Assembly (NCBI GenBank): GCA_035389045.1 | Contig: DAOORA010000013.1 | Coordinates: 62,001 to 86,520 of the forward strand | Reading direction: 5' to 3' | From: Bacteroidales bacterium | GTDB taxonomy: Bacteria > Bacteroidota > Bacteroidia > Bacteroidales > CAIWKO01 | DNA: 24,520 nucleotides | In this document: piece after piece, positions 9,002 through 17,082 of the stretch | Position numbering within the stretch: position 1 is the stretch's first letter | Layout of the letters: the number at the start of each line of letters is the position of its first letter | The notes under the pieces: model-generated | Databases searched by the model: none | What the model saw: only the letters and a program-made list of their open reading frames with translations | Told to the model about the DNA's origin: nothing | Made by a program: the position numbers and the translations under genes

Positions 9002-9721
9002 TTATTTTGCTTTGAACAAACCATATTTGAGGATGCAGTAGATTGCCCTTATGCCGTCTTTCCAACCTATCTTTTTGCCTTCGTCAACGCCCCGTGCATA
9101 ATATGAAATGCTTAATTCATAGATTTTTATTTTGGGTATCCTGGCAATTTTAATGGTAACTTCCGGTTCGAAACCAAAACGTTTTTCCGTGAGATGAATG
9201 TCTTTTAATATTTCGGACCTGAACAGTTTGTAACATGTTTCCATATCGGTAATGGTAAGTCCGGTGAAGAAGTTGGTCAGCCGGGTAAGGAATTTGTTTG
9301 CCCTGAGGCTGCTTTTACGTATCACCCTGTGGACATTTCCGCCGGCAAAGCGTGAGCCGAAAACCACATCGGCATAACCTTCGTGCATGGGTTTTAACAG
9401 CAGGTTGAATTCGGCAGGATCACATTCCAGGTCGGCATCCTGAATGATGATGTAATCGCCACCGGCTTTTGCTATTCCTGTGTGCAATGCGGCACCTTTG
9501 CCCTGGTTTACTTCATGTTTCACATATTGTATATCGGCTTCAGGATTTTTTTCAATATAGGAAAGAATATTTTTTTCCGTTCCGTCCTTTGAGCAATCAT
9601 TAACGATAATGATCTCTTTTTTTATATTATCCATCAGGTTGACACTCAACACCTTATCTAATACTGCAGATATTGTATTTTCTTCATTATAGGCGGGAAT
9701 CAGTATGGATAGTTTCTTCAT
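9002..9721 (-). CDS. GT2 glycosyltransferase, DPM1-like (polyprenol-phosphate sugar synthase type)
   Basis: LSILIPAYNEE, VNDCSKDGT, NQGKGAA, IQDADLECDP, VFGSRF, TDMETCYK, RFGFEPEVT, R...GKKIGWKDG. Confidence 0.92.
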   Translation of the reverse strand: MKKLSILIPAYNEENTISAVLDKVLSVNLMDNIKKEIIIVNDCSKDGTEKNILSYIEKNPEADIQYVKHEVNQGKGAALHTGIAKAGGDYIIIQDADLECDPAEFNLLLKPMHEGYADVVFGSRFAGGNVHRVIRKSSLRANKFLTRLTNFFTGLTITDMETCYKLFRSEILKDIHLTEKRFGFEPEVTIKIARIPKIKIYELSISYYARGVDEGKKIGWKDGIRAIYCILKYGLFKAK

Positions 9722-9726
9722 ATATA

Positions 9727-10740
9727 TTAATAGATTTTCTTTTTTAGATCGGTAAACTTTGTTTTTTTGAAAATATAGTGATCAAGGACAATGTTGCCGT
9801 GATACATTGGCCCGACTTTATTGATTTTCTGCATTTTTCTTTTTTTTCTGATCCTGTCAAAATGAAGGTAAAAATACAGGTGGGCACGGGTAACCGCCAG
9901 ATAATCCCTGAATCCGCCTTCGGCAAGAAATTTGAGAGCGGCAATACGATCCATGAAAAGACGGACTATGAATACGGGAATGATTCGGTTTTTGGGCAGG
10001 TTTTTGAACAACAGGGTGAGGTTGTTTCTAAAGTTCAGGTAAGTCTTTCTCCAGGAACTTTTCGGTAAGGTTCCGCCTCCGATATGATAGACCATTGAAT
10101 CGGGGCAGTACATGATCTTAAGCTGGTTGTTTTTCATCCTCCAGCAAAAATCTATTTCTTCCATGTGGGCAAAAAAATCTTCATCCAGTCCGCCATAGCT
10201 GTGGTAATATTCGGCCCTTACAAACATACAGGCGCCTGTTGCCCAGAAAACCTCACAGGCATCATTGTACTGCCCGAGATCTGTTTCCATCGACAGAAAT
10301 ATACGTCCCCTGCAGAAAGGATATCCGTATTTATCTATGAACCCTCCGGCAGCGCCGGCGTATTCGAATTTATCTTTTTCGTAAAAGGACAGAATTTTGG
10401 GTTGGCAGGCAGCAATGGACTTGTCGGCATCCATCAACTGCAACACCGGATCAATCCAATGCGGTGTAACTTCAATGTCGGAGTTCAGCAAAATAAAATA
10501 TTCAGCATCGACAAGTTTTAAGGCATCGTTATACCCTTTTGCAAATCCTCCGTTGGTCTGGTTCAGTATGATCCTGATATCGGGGTAATGTTCCCGCAGA
10601 AAGGCAACCGAATCATCGGTGGACGCATTATCAGCGACGATGATCTCAGCACTTTCTTTACTGTGCTTAATAACCACAGGCAGAAACTGCTCAAGGAACT
10701 TCTTTCCGTTCCAGTTTAATATGACGACGGCTGCTTTCAA
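9727..10740 (-). CDS. GT2 glycosyltransferase (rhamnosyltransferase-like)
   Basis: VVILNWNG, ADNASTDDS, NGGFAKGYN, LLNSDIE, FWATGACM, FFAHMEEIDFCWR, VYHIGGGTL. TTG start. Confidence 0.92.
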   Translation of the reverse strand: MKAAVVILNWNGKKFLEQFLPVVIKHSKESAEIIVADNASTDDSVAFLREHYPDIRIILNQTNGGFAKGYNDALKLVDAEYFILLNSDIEVTPHWIDPVLQLMDADKSIAACQPKILSFYEKDKFEYAGAAGGFIDKYGYPFCRGRIFLSMETDLGQYNDACEVFWATGACMFVRAEYYHSYGGLDEDFFAHMEEIDFCWRMKNNQLKIMYCPDSMVYHIGGGTLPKSSWRKTYLNFRNNLTLLFKNLPKNRIIPVFIVRLFMDRIAALKFLAEGGFRDYLAVTRAHLYFYLHFDRIRKKRKMQKINKVGPMYHGNIVLDHYIFKKTKFTDLKKKIY

Positions 10741-10745
10741 CAGAG

Positions 10746-10753
10746 CAAATATA
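10746..10753 (-). promoter_or_regulatory. -7 element (TATATTTG) directly upstream of the GT2 start, implying a near-leaderless mRNA
   Basis: caaatata on +, 5 nt from the TTG at 10740. Confidence 0.5.
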
Positions 10754-10835
10754 TGACTATTTATTATCAGGTAAACAGAAATTTAAAAAGTACCTGAAAT
10801 TTGGTGTGAATTCAAAGGTTTTGTCAGAATAAATC

Positions 10836-12305
10836 TTAATAGGGGTTTTTAAAGTATTCGTTACTCTTTCTTCCCCAATGGTCTCTGACGCCGCTGTCAT
10901 CAATATCGTTGGTGGGATTATTGCGTCCGTAGATTTTTTGTTCCCATTTATAGTCGTTGATTTCACCAATGGCATCGGAATGGATCAGGGAGAAATCGTT
11001 GGTCACCAGGTCGGGATTATAGAAAACGAATTTTTTATTTTTCTGGTTTTTCAGGGAGTAGTAATGCCATATCTCATAAGGGTAAGCGCTGGGTTCATAA
11101 TAGTTTTTCGACATGGAATTGGGAGGCCCGTATTCCAGATAAACACGGCCGCGGTCTGTTTCATATCCTTTGCGGATCTTGGTTCCGAAATCATTATTGA
11201 CCTTCTGGACTTCCAGGTAATAATCCGCCCAGGCTTTTCCCGGATTCTCAGGGTCACGGGCTTCCCAAAAGGTAAGAAAATATTTTTGCATCGATGACAG
11301 ATCATTGTGATTAAGCTGGTTTTTGGCATACATGCGTTCGCTTTCGGAAGAGATAGGGTAGAGGCAGCGAATATAGGAAGCAAGAGAATCTTTGTTCGTG
11401 TACATTTCAACGAACGTATGCTCCACGGCTGCTTTTTCATAAGCTTTATTTTCAAAGGGCACTTTGGTATTGTCACGTTCAAAATACAGTTTCCGAACCG
11501 CTTTTTGCATGTTTTGTTTGTCGCGGACCTCTATGACAAGGTTGTAATTGCCTGTAGGTAAGAGCGACAGGTCGAATTCGCTCAGCACCACCACCACATT
11601 GCGTGCTGTTTCTTTTCTGACTTTGATGAATTCTCCGTACAGGTTGTTGTTTTCGTTGACTTCAATATATGAACTGAGCAGAAATTTTTCATTTTCACCA
11701 AAAACCTTGTCGCTGTTATATATTTCAGCATAAAAAGTGATCTTGCCAATTTTTTCGGGATAATAATAGATGATGTATGGCATCATTTCAAAACCGCTTT
11801 TTGTAAGAATATTTACGGTATCGGTTTTTTTGTAGGATTCAATAAGTTCTATGCCGGAAATGCTTACCTGGTCGGGAGGAAAAGCCACATCAACTGTTTC
11901 GTGGCCTTTGAACGGTACCGCATGATCGTTCTTATCAGCAATGGTTATTTCGACATCATAGGTGCCGTTGGGGAGCAGGAAGCGTTGCTGATCAATAAAA
12001 TTGAAATTAATAGCATTGGTGTCTGCTACTTCGGGGCTTTTCAGATCATATTTCTTAAAATCCTTGATAACGCTATCCTGTCTGAAGATGAGCGTAATTT
12101 CTATGGTACCCTGGTATAAGTTATTTGCATTTTGCACATATTTCAGGCTGTTGCCTACCACGATCATGTATGTTTCGATGTAGGGGCCATCGGCAGGAGA
12201 CAAAAATGTGGAATATGACATGAAGGCTTGCAGGCGTCTTGCCTGTGCCGGCATATTTGAAAACAAAAATGCAGTTATACAGATAAAAACAATAAATTTT
12301 TTCAT
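10836..12305 (-). CDS. GWxTD domain-containing exported protein
   Basis: Signal peptide MKKFIVFICITAFLFSNMPAQA; FW..RDP, GYETDRGRVYLEYGPP, YEIWHY, KFVF. The ATG at 12305 is preferred because a promoter lies at 12324-12331. Confidence 0.88.
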   Translation of the reverse strand: MKKFIVFICITAFLFSNMPAQARRLQAFMSYSTFLSPADGPYIETYMIVVGNSLKYVQNANNLYQGTIEITLIFRQDSVIKDFKKYDLKSPEVADTNAINFNFIDQQRFLLPNGTYDVEITIADKNDHAVPFKGHETVDVAFPPDQVSISGIELIESYKKTDTVNILTKSGFEMMPYIIYYYPEKIGKITFYAEIYNSDKVFGENEKFLLSSYIEVNENNNLYGEFIKVRKETARNVVVVLSEFDLSLLPTGNYNLVIEVRDKQNMQKAVRKLYFERDNTKVPFENKAYEKAAVEHTFVEMYTNKDSLASYIRCLYPISSESERMYAKNQLNHNDLSSMQKYFLTFWEARDPENPGKAWADYYLEVQKVNNDFGTKIRKGYETDRGRVYLEYGPPNSMSKNYYEPSAYPYEIWHYYSLKNQKNKKFVFYNPDLVTNDFSLIHSDAIGEINDYKWEQKIYGRNNPTNDIDDSGVRDHWGRKSNEYFKNPY

Positions 12306-12323
12306 AAGGCTGAAGTTTATATA

Positions 12324-12331
12324 CAAAGGTA
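12324..12331 (-). promoter_or_regulatory. -7 element (TACCTTTG) for the GWxTD gene
   Basis: caaaggta on + is a TAnnTTTG match on -. Confidence 0.65.
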
Positions 12332-12359
12332 AGGATTTTTAGGCAAAAATTAAGTTTTT

Positions 12360-12386
12360 ACTGACTGATGGAGGGTATCAGTCAGT
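12360..12386. repeat. Inverted repeat ACTGACTGAT-N7-ATCAGTCAGT
   Basis: Perfect 10-bp stem seen directly in the GWxTD/TetR divergent intergenic region. Confidence 0.6.
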
Positions 12387-12599
12387 TTGCGGTTGTTTGA
12401 GATCAGGAAATGGTAAGATTATTAATGGAAAACTGTGGCTGAAGGTTATATTAAGCGTTTGCGGAAGACACATGCCATAGTCCGTAGTGCTGCCACCTCA
12501 GCCAGAGCTATGTTCCAGAAAAGCTGTAATGAACATCATTTCATGAACTTATGATCATAACAATTTCTTATTTCATTAATTTTTATTTCAAAAAAAGTT

Positions 12600-12607
12600 T
12601 AATTTTG
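12600..12607 (+). promoter_or_regulatory. -7 element (TAATTTTG) of the TetR operon
   Basis: TAnnTTTG 20 nt upstream of the ATG at 12628. Confidence 0.65.
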
Positions 12608-12626
12608 TAAGTGAATATTCACTTAC
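12607..12626. promoter_or_regulatory. Putative TetR operator, perfect 20-bp palindrome GTAAGTGAATATTCACTTAC
   Basis: Exactly self-complementary. It lies between the -7 element and the TetR start codon, covering the predicted transcription start. Confidence 0.85.
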
Positions 12627-12627
12627 T

Positions 12628-13218
12628 ATGAAAAAAGAACTCAGTGTAAGGCAAAAAGAGATACTGGAGTCAACGGTCAAACTGATTGGTGAAGGCGGGA
12701 TCCAGGCATTAACGATAAAAAACCTATCACAAAAAATTGGTGTTACCGAATCAGCCATTTACAGGCATTTTAAAAGCAGGACCGAAATACTGGAGACGCT
12801 GCTTGAAACCATCAGGGAGCATATCTCAGTCAGGTATTTAATGGTCGCAAAATCGGATAAGCATGTCTTTGAACGCTTAGAGGACATGATGATCTATCAG
12901 TTTGAGGCCTTTATTTCAAATCCGTCTTATGCGATCGTTATTTTATCCGATGGATTGTACAAGAATGAGTCTTGTTTATGCGACAAAATCTTTTCAATAA
13001 TGGAAATGGCGCGGCAGACATTCATAGAGGTTATAAGAGACGGGAAAAAGTCCGGAGAAATCAGAAATGATATACCTGATGAGCAGCTTGCTTTTGTCAT
13101 AATGGGTAGTATACGTCTTATGATCAATCAATGGAGTCTGGGAGGTTTTAATTTTGACCTCCGGAAAAAGGGTAAAGAGCTTTTAAACACAATAATAATT
13201 CTTATTAAAAATAATTAA
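12628..13218 (+). CDS. TetR/AcrR family transcriptional regulator
   Basis: N-terminal HTH RQKEILE...GIQALTIKNLSQKIGVTESAIYRHFKSR; C-terminal GEIRNDI. Confidence 0.93.
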   Translation: MKKELSVRQKEILESTVKLIGEGGIQALTIKNLSQKIGVTESAIYRHFKSRTEILETLLETIREHISVRYLMVAKSDKHVFERLEDMMIYQFEAFISNPSYAIVILSDGLYKNESCLCDKIFSIMEMARQTFIEVIRDGKKSGEIRNDIPDEQLAFVIMGSIRLMINQWSLGGFNFDLRKKGKELLNTIIILIKNN

Positions 13219-13228
13219 ATTTATATTT

Positions 13229-13567
13229 ATGAAAGCAATGGATGTGAACAATTTGCCGGTAAGTCCCAATCCTCATGGAGTTGAGACCAGAAAGTTTCAT
13301 GAAAATGAACATGTACAGGCTGTGCAGATCACCTTAAAACCAGGTGAGCAATTAAAAAAACATATCACTTCGGTCGATGTTTTCTTTTATGTTTTGGAAG
13401 GAACGGGAATAGTAGAGATAGGTGATGAAAAGAAGGAAATAGCAAAGGATATGTACGTTGACAGCCCGGCGCATATACCACACTGCTGGTACAATCAAAG
13501 TGACCGTATTGTAAAAATATTGGTTGTAAAAACACCCTGTCCTGTCAATAAAGCAAAGATTTTATAA
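13229..13567 (+). CDS. Cupin domain-containing protein
   Basis: LKPGEQLKKH, FFYVLEGTG.VEIG, SPAHIPHCWYN. Confidence 0.88.
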   Translation: MKAMDVNNLPVSPNPHGVETRKFHENEHVQAVQITLKPGEQLKKHITSVDVFFYVLEGTGIVEIGDEKKEIAKDMYVDSPAHIPHCWYNQSDRIVKILVVKTPCPVNKAKIL

Positions 13568-13625
13568 TAAACCAGAGCCCCTGAACCAACTCTTATTGCA
13601 TCATTTAAACATAAGGAATGTTACT

Positions 13626-14183
13626 ATGAAAGCAACACAGCAGCTTAAAAATGACCATGAAAGCATTACGATCATGCTGAGTGTCATGGAGCAGATCTAT
13701 GAAACCATCAAAAGAGGCGAATCTCCGGACTGCGGGCAGCTTGATAGTATCATCGAATATATCCGGGTATTTGCCGACCTTTGTCATCATGGTAAAGAAG
13801 AGGATGTTTTATTTCCTGCCCTGGTGGCTCACGGCATGTCGATGGAAAGCGGGCCGGTAGCGGTGATGCTTAACGAACACCAGCAGGGCAGATACTTTGT
13901 CAGGCTGATGGCCGATGCCCTGGATGATTATAAAAAAGGAAACAACCATGCCGTTTCAGTGATCGGAATAAATGCACTGAATTATACGATATTGCTGCGA
14001 AGCCATATTGAAAAAGAAAACAATGTGCTTTTTATGATGGCTGATAAACTATTGACTGAAAAAGAGCAGGAAATAATGGCCGGAGCGTTTGAAAAAATAG
14101 AGGTTGAACGGATGGGCCAAGAAAAACATGAAGAATATCATCGACTATTAATGAGTTTAAATAATATTTACCTAAAAAAATAA
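13626..14183 (+). CDS. Hemerythrin-like (HHE cation-binding) protein
   Basis: LKNDH, FADLCHHGKEEDVLFP, GP..VMLNEH, HIEKENNVLF. Start reassigned to the ATG at 13626. Confidence 0.9.
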   Translation: MKATQQLKNDHESITIMLSVMEQIYETIKRGESPDCGQLDSIIEYIRVFADLCHHGKEEDVLFPALVAHGMSMESGPVAVMLNEHQQGRYFVRLMADALDDYKKGNNHAVSVIGINALNYTILLRSHIEKENNVLFMMADKLLTEKEQEIMAGAFEKIEVERMGQEKHEEYHRLLMSLNNIYLKK

Positions 14184-14186
14184 ATC

Positions 14187-14363
14187 ATGGAAGATATTGA
14201 AATATGTCATTGTAATGGCATTATGAAAAGCGAGATTGAGAAAGCAATCCGCGAAAAAGGTTTAAAAACTGTTGAAGAAGTCGGAGAAGCGACTACGGCA
14301 GGTACGGTTTGCGGGGGGTGCCAGGAAGATATTCAGGATATACTGAATGAGCTCAACAAGTAG
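14187..14363 (+). CDS. BFD-like [2Fe-2S]-binding small ferredoxin (58 aa)
   Basis: Manual translation MEDIEICHCNGIMKSEIEKAIREKGLKTVEEVGEATTAGTVCGGCQEDIQDILNELNK* shows C-x-C ... AGTxCGGC. It starts 3 nt after the hemerythrin stop and is absent from the ORF track. Confidence 0.92.
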   Translation: MEDIEICHCNGIMKSEIEKAIREKGLKTVEEVGEATTAGTVCGGCQEDIQDILNELNK

Positions 14364-14896
14364 TTTAAGCAGAATACCCGATTTCGACTACCTTCTTGCT
14401 TGCTTGCGGAGATGGGCTTTGAATATTCCATCCATGTCATAGAAATTCAATAATTTTATGTAACTGGGAGCAAGGTTGTTCGCTGAACCTTCCCTTTATA
14501 GCCGTATAACCATTTATTGTTCACCGCTTTATTACTATCAATGATGTGGTTGTTACCCTAAGTATGCACATAAACCCCATTTTTTTAAATTTATATTACG
14601 ATTCTTGGTAGCGCAGCAGGATTATGTTATGCTGATCTAACAAAACGATAGCTTTAATTCATGCGCCTTACGGGAGCGAGCATGTGCTAAGGCCTTTTGC
14701 AGGTTTTATATGTTACATGGTATAGCAAGGCTTGAAAGAAAAGCATGTGGTTAAAATTAGAAAATAATTGTATTTGGCCTGCAACTTAAACAGCTTGTCC
14801 ACAAAAACACATGCCAATATTTCTAAGAAAAGTTAGTAAATATGGGCATTATTTACTAAGAAATTGTTTTGATTTTGCTCAAATTCTATTTTATAG

Positions 14897-14904
14897 TATA
14901 TTTG
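14897..14904 (+). promoter_or_regulatory. -7 element (TATATTTG) for the orphan secreted protein
   Basis: TAnnTTTG 21 nt upstream of the ATG at 14926. Confidence 0.6.
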
Positions 14905-14925
14905 TCATGTTTAAAAAATATTCTC

Positions 14926-16638
14926 ATGAAAGCAACAGGATTAATAGCCTTGATGGCAATGATGTTCAACGTAGTTTGCCTGCAAGCCCAGAATTATAGC
15001 GTCCGCACCCAGGGAGTCCCGGTGGAAGTGGAAAACATACTCATCCTGAAAGATACTCTGAGAAATATGGGGCATCAATATCTTAACTTCACAATCAAGA
15101 ATGTGGACCAGACACGAAAGATCACGGAAGCCACATACGATGTAAATGGCCAGTCGAAGACCATGAGTTTTCCGAATCACGGGAATTATGTGATCAATGA
15201 CTTTTACGGTTGGCTGAGTCCTGATAAAAAATGGGCTGTTGTTTACGGGAGTTGTGAAGTTTTGCAACCCGATAATATCTGTAACGACCCTTTATATCTT
15301 GCCAATTTAAGCACGGGCACCGCGAAGTTGATTTCCGTTGATAACCGGAGTTTGCACGCCTCGTCAACCAAAGACCTGAATCAACCCGTTTCGGGCTTCA
15401 ATGCAAAATCAGGGCATTGTATAAGCATTGACAGCAAAGGGCTCCATGGATGGGATGTGGCAACAGGCAAGGAAACCTGGAAAATGAACCTCAAAGAAAT
15501 AAAGGAGGTACATCAGATGCCGGGTACTGATTATGCATATGTTATACATCAATATAAAAGGGCACAGGAAGGGATCATGGTGGTGCAGACCTCAACGGGT
15601 GCAAAAGTTTATGAACACAACACCGGGACTTATAACATCAGCGCCTATTATGATGGACCAGGCAACGCACTTTATTACAAATGCCCAATGGAGTCATACT
15701 GCAAAAAGATATCCATGACCACCTTCACCGAAGAGAAGACTTTTTTCAACAATATTATTCCTTTTGACGAAATCAGCTTTTACGATAACAGGAAATGGGT
15801 TCGTTTTTCAAACGGAGCAGATAATGTTATGTTTAATACAACAACCGGCGACAGGCTGAACTGGACAACCAAAATAATAAATTACAACTATTTTGGCGCC
15901 AACACCAACGGCGAAGAATCCGTTCCGTTTTATGTTTCGGAATACATGATCTATCATAGCGATGAGTTCTGGTTTGTGATAAATAAGAAGACAGGCCGCT
16001 TTATCTATGAAAATAAATTCGGAAATTCTCTTAGCAAATTTGGCATTTACAAGGATAGCATTTTTGAAACCGGGATTACCGCTTCCAGTAATTTATACGA
16101 CAAGAGTTTATTATCCAGAGGCTTTACTGAAGACGGGAAAGCCCGCCTGGTTGAACGTATGGCAAAGTTGAGCCCGAAGGTGGTAAATTCCAATTTTCTT
16201 AATCTGCTTGATCCCCTTACACTGGAGACCAAAGAAAGAATCGTGAATGCCATGAAAAAGAACATTGCCGGTTGGGCCTTTGTTGAAGTGCCTTCTGAGA
16301 CCAGTGCAGACCCCAAAACAGTAGTGGTATTCGTCAGATCATATCCTGCAGGGACCTATTGCGTTCCGATGGTCATGCAAAAAGTAAGCGCCGGAATAAA
16401 CCTTTCCGTAAGCTATGCATGTATTTATGCCCAGGTGACTACATCAAGCCCGCATACCCGCGATGAAATTGTAGAGGCAGCAAAACAGGTCAGGCTCAAG
16501 GAGTATGGTGCCAAAATGAATGGGTACAATGATTATGATGTCATGTTCTTCAACAGAACATGCAATGATTGTAAAGACCTGGTAAATGCAAAGTATCTGC
16601 TATCCGATTTTCAGGTAACTTTCACCACGCTTCCGTGA
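14926..16638 (+). CDS. Hypothetical secreted protein with PQQ/WD40-like beta-propeller repeats
   Basis: Signal peptide MKATGLIALMAMMFNVVCLQA|Q; repeated [DN]xxTG-like blades (NLSTGTA, DVATGKETW, QTSTGAKVY, NTTTGDRLNW, NKKTGRFIY). Start reassigned to the ATG at 14926. Confidence 0.65.
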   Translation: MKATGLIALMAMMFNVVCLQAQNYSVRTQGVPVEVENILILKDTLRNMGHQYLNFTIKNVDQTRKITEATYDVNGQSKTMSFPNHGNYVINDFYGWLSPDKKWAVVYGSCEVLQPDNICNDPLYLANLSTGTAKLISVDNRSLHASSTKDLNQPVSGFNAKSGHCISIDSKGLHGWDVATGKETWKMNLKEIKEVHQMPGTDYAYVIHQYKRAQEGIMVVQTSTGAKVYEHNTGTYNISAYYDGPGNALYYKCPMESYCKKISMTTFTEEKTFFNNIIPFDEISFYDNRKWVRFSNGADNVMFNTTTGDRLNWTTKIINYNYFGANTNGEESVPFYVSEYMIYHSDEFWFVINKKTGRFIYENKFGNSLSKFGIYKDSIFETGITASSNLYDKSLLSRGFTEDGKARLVERMAKLSPKVVNSNFLNLLDPLTLETKERIVNAMKKNIAGWAFVEVPSETSADPKTVVVFVRSYPAGTYCVPMVMQKVSAGINLSVSYACIYAQVTTSSPHTRDEIVEAAKQVRLKEYGAKMNGYNDYDVMFFNRTCNDCKDLVNAKYLLSDFQVTFTTLP

Positions 16639-16813
16639 AAGCAAAATTCTACGATATTTCCCTTTACTCTTAGCTCCAAGAATTTTAAAATAGGGGGCGA
16701 TAGACAACGATGAACAATGATATTATTCTGATTTTTTGCTCAACATGGACTAATTGTGGATTAATATTAATAACAAGGGATTATTCGCTGCGCTCATTAT
16801 CCGGGAGGGGGTG

Positions 16814-17030
16814 GCTTCAAAACATTAAAATCTGTCTGCTATGCAGATGCTTTTTTGTTTTCAGGAACACTTTCAAACAAGTTTCTATATAGTAAGAACC
16901 CATAGTTTTCGGGATTACTCGTCCTCCTGTTGTCGGACTCGTGACCCCAAGTGGAGGGTGCTTCAAAACATTAAAATCTGTCTGCTACTCAGGCATTTTT
17001 TTTGTTTTCGGGAACACTTTCAAACAAGTT
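16814..17030. repeat. Two ~70-bp imperfect direct repeats (16814-16883 and 16960-17030)
   Basis: Both read gcttcaaaacattaaaatctgtctgcta...ttttttgttttc(a/g)ggaacactttcaaacaagtt, and both are preceded by gggatta(t/c)tcg...ggaggg. Confidence 0.85.
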
Positions 17031-17082
17031 GGAGTGTTCCTGAAAACAAAAAAACCGGCTGGCGCCGGATTTTAATGTTTTG
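16964..17082 (-). other. Long (~120 nt) imperfect hairpin abutting the tRNA-Ser 3' end; possible terminator or processing structure
   Basis: caaaacattaaaatc (16964-16978) pairs with gattttaatgttttg (17068-17082); ttttttgttttcgggaacact pairs with agtgttcctgaaaacaaaaaa with one mismatch. Confidence 0.75.

Noticed and set aside
14406..14423. gcggagatgggctttgaa as an att-site duplicate of the tRNA-Ser 3' end (gcggagagtgagggattcgaa)
   Set aside because: Only 7 contiguous identical bases and the match needs a gap, which is too weak to define an island boundary.
16814..17030. Possible DGR template/variable repeat pair
   Set aside because: Differences are not adenine-specific and include indels, neither copy is in a credible CDS, and no reverse transcriptase is present.
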